Assembly (NCBI GenBank): GCA_030704615.1
Contig: CM060733.1
Location: 61,008,001-61,072,000, forward strand
From: Takakia lepidozioides
Lineage: Eukaryota; Plantae; Bryophyta
Reading direction: 5' to 3'
DNA length: 64,000 nucleotides
Position 1 is the stretch's first letter; each line of letters begins with the position of its first letter. This document shows, piece by piece, positions 38,620 to 49,335 of the stretch. The translations under genes were made by a program, and so were the position numbers. The notes under the pieces are model-generated. The model saw only the letters and a list, made by a program, of their open reading frames with translations. It ran no database searches and had not been told where the DNA came from.

Positions 38620-39797
38620 TAGGGAATTCCAAAAAGGCCTTGATGTGAAATGCATCGCAACTCACTTGATCACCCCCTAAAAGTGCGCAATTCAATTGAA
38701 TTGCAAGGGCAATTCAATTGAACTAACCCTAATTTGCAATTCAATTGAATTGTCGGCACACGATTCAATTGAATTGCGAATTGGCAATTCAATTGAATCG
38801 TTGACTGCAATTCAATTGAATTGTGAATTTGTAAATCAATTGAATTGCTGACTACAATTCAATTGAATTGTAATCTATAATTTTTAACTTATTTATGTAT
38901 ATAATATATATACATATATACATATACATGTATAAGCTAAAAATACATGTTGCCCGTCTATTCTTGCTGTCCGTCTGTCAATCCTTTGCCCGTGGTAAGG
39001 CTTGAGCCCAAGATAAGCCTAAGGGAGAGCGAGAGAGGGAGAGAGAGAGAGAGGAAGTCACGAAGTGCTTGTAAAAGCGGGATTGTCTCTCTTTGTGGAT
39101 GTTGGTGCCAATATATGGCTATGTACATATACCAAACATGATACCAATGTAAGAGTATCAACGTGTAAGAGTTTGATATATTAAACTTATATGGAACACA
39201 TCCCAACTTCAACATGATACCTTTGTAAGGGTATCTCAATTTTTGATAATTCTCAAGATGAACATATTTTTTGTTTTTTTTGTCCTAGGCCAGATACTAG
39301 TATTAGGGGACTACATGGTGAGGCAGGGGAAGCTTCAATTGTCAAGTTTGATTTTGTCTGTTTTTTTCGGAGCCAGCCATGTTTCTTTTGCCAGTGAATC
39401 ACAGGAAGCTGCTGATCTGTCTCCGTCTCTGGCTCTCCCTTTCTCGCTGAGGCTGAGGGTGGCTTCACAACTCCACAATTTCCTCAAGGGCACAAGAAAG
39501 AGGGCCAGCAAGAATAGACGGACAACATGTATTTTTAGCTTATACTCTTATATGTGTATAAATATAATTTGAATATATACATGTACATATATATTATATA
39601 TTATATATTATATACAAAAATAAGTTAAAAATTATAGATTACAATTCAATTGAATTGTAGTCAGCAATTCAATTGAATTGAAAATTAGGGTTAGTTCAAT
39701 TGAATTGCCCTTGCAATTCAATTGAATTGCGCACTTTTAGGGGGTGATCAAGTGAATTGCGATGCATTTCACATCAAGGCCTTTTTGGAATTCCCTA
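38620..39797. mobile_element. Non-autonomous fold-back DNA transposon (1178 bp) with ~300-350-bp inverted arms containing arrays of a 16-bp palindrome
   Basis: TAGGGAATTCCAAAAAGGCC... and ...GGCCTTTTTGGAATTCCCTA. Arms are ~38620-38968 and ~39505-39797. CAATTCAATTGAATTG-like units: 8 on the left, 4 on the right. Flanks GCCCGCG / GCCCGTG. Confidence 0.93.
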
Positions 39798-40435
39798 GCC
39801 CGTGCACTAGAGATTAAGGGGAAATGAGTTTAACGCTTGGTAAGCTATAACTAATTTCGGGCTCGTAAGGCCACAGCAGGTTCAATGCAAAAAAGATGAC
39901 CCGAGTTGCCACAAATTTGTAAAACAAGATGGCGTCGGCCGGAAGTTGTCAAGCATGCACCAAGATCTTCATAGTAGAACGTCATTGGGCAGTAAACACA
40001 GGGCTTCGACAATTTGATGCAGGTTGTCACATTAAGAATTCTTCACATTCCCTAGCTGTTTATTCAAGAATAGTCCACCAAGGACAAGTTGAAGCTCGCA
40101 CATCTATGAGTTACAAGAAGCGATAAATAAAGAACACAAAGTAGGCATGAAAAAAAAGACCAGACCACAGCACGGTCCAAGATGATGATTTAAGCTATTT
40201 TCCCAGCTTGAAAGCCCCCAATATACAAGGAGCTTTTGAGACTTCCCCACTATGGCACAGAGGGTATGACAAGACGTTTCCCCTCATTTAGAGAGCCCTG
40301 AAAAAGGGGAAAGTACAATCCCCTTGAAGAATCCCCTGTTGGGTGTTTTCCAAGGAAGTTGGAGGGAAAAATTTCCGCTTTGGCCTCGATAAGATGGAAA
40401 CTCGCAGGGAAAGTATATTTTAAATTTCTAAGTAA

Positions 40436-42325
40436 TGTGGAGCTGGGATTCCTTCTCACCTTCCTTTTGGACTTGGATGAACGGAGGAAGGATGCACCCC
40501 GGATGATTTAGGGATGGACGGAGCCAGGATGAAGTCTGGATAAACTTACACCTTGCGCATGAGGATGAGCTGGCAGCAGCTGATGACTTTATTAGGTGTT
40601 GTCTTATTCTAACAGCTAGTTTAGGATTAGATTAGGATGGATCTGGGTGATCTGGCTTCTTTCTATGACTATGCTGGAAGGGCATCTGGCTGGCCTATAT
40701 GTAGGTGCCACGCGGCACTAAGATGGGATTACGACCTGATAATATTTAAGCTCGACTGCGTGGTGCACGCTTACTCCCGAACACGAGCAACATTTCCAGC
40801 AGGTCTTAAAAGATATCAAAGTGGGTGATCACCTTACTCCCCAGCAGATTAGATGTCGCCTGCACCTGTTTCTCCGTGACAATCTCGACATCTTTAGTAA
40901 AAGGCCCCATGACTTAGGCCGCACCACCCTTCTGGATCATGACATCATCACGGATGGTAAGCCTATCAAACAACATGCTTATATGGAGAGTGTTTGTGAG
41001 CGCAAAGTCATTCATGAAGAGATTACCAAGATGCTTGATGCTAGTGTGATCACCCCCTCCATATCCCCTTGGGCCAGTCCCATTGTCTTAGTGGGTAAGA
41101 AGGATGGCTCAACCCGTTTTGCGTAGACTTTCGGCGTTTAAATGCCATCACAAAGAAAGATGTCTACCATTTGCCACGCATTAATGAAATGCTAGATCAA
41201 CTTAATGGGGCCACTATCTTCTCTTCATTGGATTTAGCCTCTGGCTTTTGGCAAGTTCCTTTAACTGCTGCTGCTAAGGAGAAAACTGCCTTCACCTGCA
41301 GGATGGGCCTCTTCCAATTTGAAACAATGTCTTTTGGCCTTTGCAACGCCACTGCTACATTTCAGCGCCTTATGGACATTGTTTTAGGAAACCTTCATTG
41401 GGATTGTGCTTTAGTTTACATTTGATGACATCAACATTTATTCTACAACGTTTGATGCTCATCTACTGGATTTACAGCGGGTTGTGTGCAGACTTCATGC
41501 ACCCGGGCTTAAAGTTAAAGCCAAGAAGTGTGATTTTTGTATGGAACAGCTCCATTTCTTGGGCCATCTGCTTTCTGCTGTTGGCATCAGTCCTGACCCA
41601 ACTAAGATCCAAGTTGTGTGAAACTATCCAACCCCTAGAGATAAAACATGTGTTAAGGCCTTCTTGGGCTTGGGTTCTTACTATTATCGCTTCATTTTTC
41701 AATTTGCCAAACTAGCTGCTCCACTCACTCGCTTGTTATCCAAGGATGTTCGTTTTGTGTGGGGTACTGCTGAAACAGAATGTCGTGACAGTTTTCTGCA
41801 CCAATTGTAGCACTTGGGGTTTTTCCTATGGGATGTTTTGTCCTCCACCCAGCTTGCAGGGTGAGGTTTTCTTCCCTAGGTTTTTTCATCCCTTGTGTGC
41901 CGGGTGTGTAGTTTGTTTTGGCTAGGCTTCGTTTTTGTTCTTCCTGAGCTCATCACTCGCAGGAGCTCGCAGTTTCTAGTGGCCCCAGCAGACTTCACAT
42001 ATGTGGAGCTGGGATTCCTTCTCACCTTCCTTTTCGACTTGGATGAACGGAGGAGGGATGCACCCCGGATGATTTAGGGATGGACGGAGCCAGGATGAAG
42101 TCTGGATAAACTTACACCTTGCGCATGAGGATGAGCTAGCAGCAGCTGATGACTGTATTAGGTGTTGTCTTATTCTAACAGCTAGTTTAGGATTAGATTA
42201 GGATGGATCTGGGTGATCTGGCTTCTTTCTATGGCTATGCTAGAAGGGCATCTGGCTGGCCTATATGTAGGTGCCACGCAGTACTAAGATTAGATTACGA
42301 CCTGATACTATTTAAGCTCGACTGC
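40436..42325 (+). mobile_element. Small gypsy-derived element: 324-bp direct repeats flanking a decayed RT fragment
   Basis: Repeats 40436-40759 and 42002-42325 have the same length and about 11 substitutions by eye. Internal RT: SPWASPIVLVGKKDGSTRF, DFRRLN, LDLASGFWQV, FGLCNATATFQRLMD, frameshifted YIDD. Confidence 0.85.
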
Positions 42326-43048
42326 CGTGGCAGTGGGGGTGGTGGCTTTTGGGTCTTATGCGAGTGTACGTTGGGTGTAACAGTGTGCTTGAGTGTGTGG
42401 ATGAATGCGTTCTGGAAGTCTGATTCAGTTGCGTCCTCTTCGTGAGATTCCGTCTTCTCTGCCAGGCCCATCTATCGACTACAGTCCCCAGATAGGATTA
42501 AGTCTGGTAGAGGAAGGGGAACAAACCCATAGCGCCGGAATCAGACTTCACAGTAAGGAAAAGCTAAAAAAAAATTATTATTTTTTTAAATAGAAAAGCT
42601 GGAGGGGAAGACTAGGTGGAAATTCCCGTAGGTATTAGGGTTAGGAACTCGCACAAGCACAGACTGATATGGCACCCGATCGACCAACCGCAATGCTGAT
42701 CGACAATGCAAGTGCAAAATGTCCCCGTCCTCCCGTCCTCGACGGGACTGTCGAAATGTCCTCCGTGCTCGTTTAGTTCGATCTCTCTCTATTTGTCAAT
42801 GTATGACACATGCGCATCTTGAATGATGACTTCGGTACCGCATACCTGCCTTTCCCTTGGGAGAGAGGGGTAGGAGGGATAGGCCGGCCCTGGTTGAGAG
42901 CTGTTTGGTTTCCCTGGACTCTTCTGTTTCTGCTCCTGCTAATGGATGTTGTCTTGCCGGTGGTCAGAGCTTTTTGGACTTTAACCCTTAAACGCCCACT
43001 GGATAAGTTTGACTTTTCCCAAAATCACTACCCCTGGGATGAAAAATC

Positions 43049-43654
43049 TAGTGTTGGTCGGTTATCAGGGACCCACCCAGTTAATTACAGGTTATTTGTC
43101 GAGTAAGGGTAACTATAGCCAAAGGCTATGAGCATAAAAGAGAACCATGGACACTGAACACCGCCGGTACTGGACAACTCAAATACCCGGTGAAACACCC
43201 TGCCTGTGAGTGAATAGCATCTGAAGACATAGAACCGACCCGGATATCTTTTAAGTGGACGGAAACGGTTAGTAGCTATGGTTTTGTGGCAAATAGTAGT
43301 TTTCTTTTGGTGTCCTATTTTCACTATGTACATTGAAGTTGAAATGGCACATTGAACCTGAGCAATAGGTTCTGCAGCTTGCCTAGGGTACTTCAATTAT
43401 ATCTGATGGTAGGCAGGTTATATTTCGGTTATAACAAAGACCCGACTTGAAATATCACCGCAGGTTATGATTTGTTCATGAATCAGCAAATAACCTGACC
43501 ACACATATTGTTCAAATTTTCATAACCGTAACCTGCAAATAACCTTCATTCAATGTGCATATTTCACCTGGAACCGGAGGTTATTACTGCATGAGTCAAC
43601 TTGTGTAACCTCAACCTCATGAGCTTTGAAAAAAATGAGAACCGACCAACACTG
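43049..43654. mobile_element. hAT-type MITE (606 bp) nested in the piggyBac left end
   Basis: TIR TAGTGTTGGTCGGTT...AACCGACCAACACTG, many GGTTAT/AACC subterminal motifs, 8-bp flanks GAAAAATC / GAAAAAAA (6/8 match). Confidence 0.75.
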
Positions 43655-45329
43655 GAAAAAAAAGCAGTTGCCAAGGCTTCTCACTGCGTGGTTCATTGTA
43701 TGGTTTGAACTTTGGATAGTAGGCCGATAGTCCATTGGCTGATGTTAGCAAAATTCTGAGATTCTACGTGGAATTAAACGACGGGCCCCTGTGATTTTTG
43801 TTCACTGTCAGCTCAGTTGCCAACCTCTCACAAGTTGTTTTTGAGTATGCAGATCAAGCACTGTGATGGCAACTATCAGGCCGCTTATTAGTGTGTTCTG
43901 AGCAAGAGTGGGGAAGAGAGGGGCAGGGGAGGGGCGAGGATCAAGAATGTTGCAACAAAAGCAAATGTAGGCAATGTTTTAGATCCTATGCCATACTTTT
44001 CATAAGGTGATTTGTACTCTTTTGAAGTACAATTAGACCTCAACTTAGCAACTTCTCTTCACCGTAGTTATTCTTGATTTGTTTTAATCTTGTTTTATAA
44101 ATTTGTAGCACCATGCACCAGGTCTATTCGAAGCATGGAAATTCCAGCAAGAGACTTATATTTGTAGCTATTTCCATCACTGCACCTGTTCACTTACTAT
44201 GCAACCCTGGTCATCCAGTCCCCTAATCCTGGCTTCAGGTCCTAGATGCTTTGTAACATTGAACTTAAGAGGGGAAAGTCTTTCTTTCAATAGTTGGGAA
44301 CGTTTCGGACAGTTGCATCAACTTGCATGGGCCTTATTAAGCACACTTCCTCTTGCCACCTCATGAGAGCCGATTTTGCATCATATCAGGATGCCCTGGA
44401 GGTCAGGCCTGGTCACAGAATGCATGTGAACTCTGAGATACTGAGGGAATGTCTATGTAGCCAAAGCATCTATCTCATGAATTTCTTTGAGGAGACAAAT
44501 GAGCCTATGCTGAACAGTGAAATGTAGTACTCGACTGCCCGACAGACTAGGCAGATTCCAGGGTATCTAAGCCCAGAGAGAACAAGAATTAGGTGAAGGT
44601 AGGAGCAATTATCCCTTGTTGGCACAGAAGACCGACAAGGTCCATGACAAGAAGGGTAAAAGAAAAGGAACTGCCAAGGGGAAAAAATATATATAAGCTG
44701 GGAAAAGGAAAACCTTCAAGAGAAAAAGCCCCTAAGAAAAATAAATATACATTAAAAAAATACACCCGGAAAAAAAAACCCAGAGGGCAAAATCACATGG
44801 GGGATGTTTCCATTGAGGTCCAAGGGAAAGCGGACAAAATATCCACTGTTGCACACTTCCCTGTGTGGTGTATGTCGTCGTGAGACTCTAAGGGCATGTT
44901 GCCCGGTTCCCCTTGAGGGAATCTGTCAAAAGCTCTTTGTGTTAATATTCCCCTTCGGATTTCGTGCAAACTTGCGAGCTGGGTTTGAACATATAAAATG
45001 TTCGACTCCCTCCCTAGTGGTAGTCCTGACAAGATTCGAATTTCGTTCAAGGGTGCTTGGAGTTCTCCTGCGTATTCACTGGTCTAGTTTATGAATCTCC
45101 CTAAAGACACTTGGCATTCTACAATCTAATTATAATCTGAGCCTTGCATCTACAACTTTCAAATTTAATGCAAACAGTTAACGTCTGGACATTGCAATTT
45201 GTTGATTCTTCATTGACGTCTATAGGGTCCCAATTTCTAGCAGGGGTTATTCCTGAAGGTCAAAAAAAAGGAGAGGAGTGGAATAGCCAATGGGGAGGGA
45301 GGGCACCCATGTTGGAATGGGTTGAAATA

Positions 45330-45575
45330 TGAGGCCAGATGTACAGCCTAGCATAGAAGTAGGAGGGGTGGCCCTCCTTCTAAATCTAGAGCTTTGGAGG
45401 ATGAGGCGTGGGCCCTTCTAGAAGGCTCCATTCTAGAAGGCTCCTCTACTGCCTTGAGATAGTATATAAAGAGGGTAAGGGCTACATTTTCCAAGGCTTC
45501 TCCCGCCACCTCACTTTGGTGGGCTCTGCAAACAGGCCCCTTAGAAAATTAAAATTGGGAACCTAAACCATCTTC
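45330..45575 (-). repeat. Dispersed repeat homologous (inverted) to ~34753-34930
   Basis: Reverse complement GATGGTTTAGGTTCCCAATTTTAATTTTCTAAGGGGCCTGTTTGCAGAGCCCACCAAAG aligns with GATGGTTCAAGTTCCAAATTTTTATTTTCTAAGGGGGCCCTGCTTGCAGAGCCGACCAAAG. Both also share GGAGCCTTCTAGAAGGG. Confidence 0.7.
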
Positions 45576-47894
45576 AAAAATTCAAATAGGGGGTACAGTA
45601 AGATTCCACCCGATTGCAATATGGTTCAAGGCTAAGTTTCATAGGCAGGATTATATTGCACGTCATTTTGCACGCTCATGTTTCAAGCATCGTCATCTAC
45701 ATATGCAAAAGAGCTAGGGACCTCACAATCAAAAGTCGTAAAGTCTATTTATGTGCCAATTTTTAAGCATTAGACCTAAGCCATATACACGCAAGTAGAG
45801 ATCAATAACTGCCTTCCACATGCCGCCTCAAGGGATGTACACCGTAAAAGATAAAGATAAAGTTTCTTTAAAGTCCAGTGAATATACAAAACCTACTGCT
45901 CAATACACAGCCCATCGAGGGGCCAATGGACGGTTTGAAGGCACATGTTGAAGGATTGAACCTAGGATCACCCAAGTTACATAGGCACAAATACCCAACC
46001 ATTGGGCTAACTGCTCAAGTGCATCAAAGAAAACTGACTTCGATGGATCTTCACACAAGTAAAATACATTTAAGTGGTTCCCCTTCACCATCGAGGGAGC
46101 CACAAGTCATAAAGACACACTTAACCCTTAACTTCCTACAAACTGAATTTTTTTCTGTCCCAAAAATTACTACCCCTTGGAACTAACAGGAGGCTAATCA
46201 CCTACCAGCATTCATCCACAAAAATTGCCCGTACACATACATACCTACCTGGCCTCTACACCAGCTCCCCAAATTTTAGGAATTTTCACCGTTGAGTTTG
46301 AGAGATTATACTGTTTTTTGGGGAAAATTTTCGTTTATTTTTTGTTTGAAAAAAACCTTTATTTGCTTTGACCAAGCATGTTGAGGGGCTTTTTGAATTT
46401 TCCAAAAGGACTACCCAAATTTTCATAATGTGTAGTACAAATGCAAAGGCCTCTCATTTTTGAATAATCGGGTATTTAAGTCTCACGTATGGGCCAGGCA
46501 GCGGGCCCCACGCATGGACGAGAGGTGGTTTCAAGTGGCCCCGTCGCGATCCATGACCCGGCCCGGGTCCGCGAGGCAATGTCCGCAGGCCCTGACCCGA
46601 AGGTGGGTCCACCTGTCGCAACCCTTTGCCTTGAGGGCGGGGGGTCGGGACACAAGAGAGGCTGCTCCTGCAGTGTTGGCGGCGGCAGCGAATAGGAAAG
46701 AGGGCTGAAGCCCCCTGTGGCGGAGGCGCTCACTAGGTGGAGCCCCGCAAACCGGGTTGCGGTGGTGGGGGCTCCACGAGGCGTGGTGGTAGCTTAGGGA
46801 GTCGTAGTGGGGGTGGCATAGGACTCACCACGAGGCTAAGGCCTTGTGGTGGGAGTCATGGGGAGTCTTGGAAATCACCGCGGTCTCTTGGGACCATGGT
46901 GGGTGGGCCAAGACTCCCCGGGGAAGTTACTCCCTATCACTTGTATATGGCACGTGAGATAAATGGGTATTTTGTAGGGGGGTATTACTTTTACTTTGGG
47001 TATTTTTTAGTACCCTATAATTACATAATTTTGTAATATGGTGAATTTTTGGCAAGCTATTTTAATCCTAATTTTTTGTTTCAAACAAATATTAGACACC
47101 CTATAATAATAATTTTCTTTTCTTTTCTTACAAGACAAATAAATTTATTAATTGGTTGAAATAAATTCATTTAAAGCATTCGCATCATCAGCATTCAAAG
47201 TATAAATATTTTGCATTCTATCGAAAGTCACAATAACTGAACTAATAATTGAGTCAACATCTACCCACTTGTTGTCGGTATGATCATATTTGAATTTAAA
47301 TTGTCCTCTAGATTTTGAGAAGTAGTTTGATAACACCATAACTGGTGTGGTTGGTTTATTTAGGAGATCAATAGGCTGTCGCGATATCCCCCACCTGCTC
47401 CCTGCCTTCCTTCTTATTGTGCACAGCGGGGGGAGTGAACTTAGTGCATGAGGCGGAAAAATAAATAAAAATGAAACGAACGTAAAAGAGGTTTGATCTC
47501 ACGATGATGCGCCTGCTAGGTACTAGTAAGCTACATACAAATATCTATATCATTCCCATAAGAACATGTATATATTTTTGGAATTTATATTATCTCAACC
47601 CTATAGTAATTTTTTTTTAAAAATAAGTCATTATTTTAGACCCTATATTAATTTAAATTCCTTAATCACAATATAATGTACCCTTTATTACTTTTAAATA
47701 TTTTCTAAGTTTTATCTTTTCTGAATAAATTGCACCCTATATTTTTTTGCACATCGGTTGGAAATTTTTGGAATTGACTTCCCCGGGCAAAACTCACCGC
47801 GACTCACTACAGAAGGTTGAGGGTCTTCGTGGCGGTTTACCATAAAAATACTGTGTTGTTTGTGAAACCCCCGCGGACACCTACAGAAGTATAT

Positions 47895-48150
47895 ATAGGG
47901 AGTAGTAACCCCGAGAACGGTGCAAGCCCGTTGGTGACCAAAAGCTAGTGAGTAAGCGTGCGAGCCGGAAAGCGACCAAGGTGTGGGGAGCTATTCTGGA
48001 CTGCCATCTACCAAAGGAATTCCCACTAGGCCCAAAGGGCGCGTAAGGAGGACCGTTATGCCCCAGTGAACAGCCAAAGCTCCGAGTTGGGCCGGTGTCC
48101 AGTTTGGGAGTTAGGCGCGCGCATCAAAGCGAGTAACTATGACTTGAAGG
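47895..48150 (+). other. Probable organellar group II intron (domain I-like) fragment
   Basis: AGTAACCCCGAGAACGGTGCAAGCCCGTTGGTGACCAAAGCTAGTGAGTAAGCG resembles plant mitochondrial group II intron domain I (GNRA-capped stem, GCTAGTGAGTAAG). Judged by resemblance only. Confidence 0.45.
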
Positions 48151-48401
48151 GGAGTTTACCGAAGTGAGGTGTGCGACACCACCCTCCTAGGTCACATTGG
48201 GGTTGACTGCAGCTGTTTTTTAGGTTAAGAGATAAAAAACTTGTTGGTGTAGCAGCAAGCAGCAGGTAGTGTGGTGGTTGGGTGCATTGATTGATATCTG
48301 TGAGGTTGCAGATTCAACTTTGGATGACGTAGCATGTGCATTAATTATGGTCTTTTTTACATGCGAGTTTTCTCGGAAAATTTTCTAAGTCACGAGCAGA
48401 T

Positions 48402-48502
48402 CACGCACCCGTTTGCCACTTCGTTTTCATTTCGACTCGAAAACAACGTCCGACTTGCATGTGTTAAGCATATCGCTAGCGTTCATTCTGAGCCATGATC
48501 AA
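48402..48502 (-). rRNA. rrn18: ~100-bp 5' fragment of mitochondrial-type SSU rRNA (NUMT), non-functional
   Basis: Reverse complement TTGATCATGGCTCAGAATGAACGCTAGCGATATGCTTAACACATGCAAGTCGGACGTTGTTTTC...AAGTGGCAAACGGGTGCGT. Universal SSU 5' motifs occur with the plant-mitochondrial-style GCTAGC.ATATGC and GTTGTTTTC. Confidence 0.88.
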
Positions 48503-49217
48503 TTTTATTTATTTATACTAGCAGAAGTAGGTTTTGAACCTACCAAACTTCCAATATAAAACCTTTGCGTATCACTAACCGAATCATCATCATACTGAGA
48601 TTTACTACCCATAGAGCAAATTGGATTTGTAGATCCTCCGGTCCACTCAACTGGCTATGCTTTCGCATCATGAAATTACGTGTAATTACGCGGATTGTAA
48701 GTATGTTATATGGAATGCTACGCCATTTGCTTTAGATTGCCCTGTTTATGATGGGGCGCAGTCAAACTAATAAAAAACTATATTTTTTCCTGCGCCCTTC
48801 TTGTATCTCATTCAGAGATGAAGTTTACCTTTATATTTCGAAGGAGAGGTGAATAGAATAGATAATTCTAAGAAAAACCAGTATTTTTTTTATGTGGCTC
48901 TTGATCCGAGTTCCTAATCTTTTTCATTTGCTGCACCCTGCTTCGCGGCTTTGCCAACGTTTCGATAAACCTAGTTGTTCATGGTGGGGCGGAGCAATGA
49001 ATCGTCGTAGATTTAGGTTCGAAGAAGACCTCGTTTTGTGTGGCTTGTGTCCCTCCCAGCTTCGCTAAGAATGCTATTTCCGGACCGTAGCTTTTAGGGG
49101 CTGCAAGATGAATCATAATTTAAGATACGAGCCGTGGTTATTTATCTATGATTATTCATGGATATTCTTTTTGGAATTACTTAATTTAGTTAATACCGTC
49201 ACAACTGAAAGATAATA

Positions 49218-49296
49218 ATATATTAGATGAATGATTAGCTTTATAATGCAATTACAATGTAATTGCATTATAAAGCTAATCATTCATCTAATATAT
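49218..49296. repeat. Perfect 79-bp palindrome (39-bp arms, 1-nt spacer)
   Basis: ATATATTAGATGAATGATTAGCTTTATAATGCAATTACA-A-TGTAATTGCATTATAAAGCTAATCATTCATCTAATATAT. Confidence 0.97.
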
Positions 49297-49300
49297 GTTG

Positions 49301-49335
49301 GACGACCATCTCGTACGGTTCGGAGAGGGCTCGGG
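49301..49335 (+). other. Group II intron domain V 3' strand fragment
   Basis: GACGACCATCTCGTACGGTTCGGAGAGGG matches the D5 3' half and D5-D6 junction pattern (CGYACGGTTCGGAGAG) of organellar group II introns. Confidence 0.65.

Noticed and set aside
38688-38872. CRISPR-like array of palindromic repeats with variable spacers
   Set aside because: The spacers are mostly under ~15 nt, the array is mirrored in the opposite TIR, the context is eukaryotic and no cas genes are present. These are transposon subterminal repeats.
40575-40640. Hammerhead ribozyme (retrozyme) suggested by CTGATGA in the LTR-like repeats
   Set aside because: No properly placed GAAA core or flanking helices were found.
44523-45123. 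Solo LTR (TGTAG...CTACA with a TATA-like box)
   Set aside because: The flanking 4-5 bp do not match and there is no second copy in the window, so it is left uncalled.
48402-48502. Bacterial 16S rRNA gene or contamination
   Set aside because: Only ~100 bp, it has plant-mitochondrial-style substitutions, and it is embedded in a nuclear transposon.
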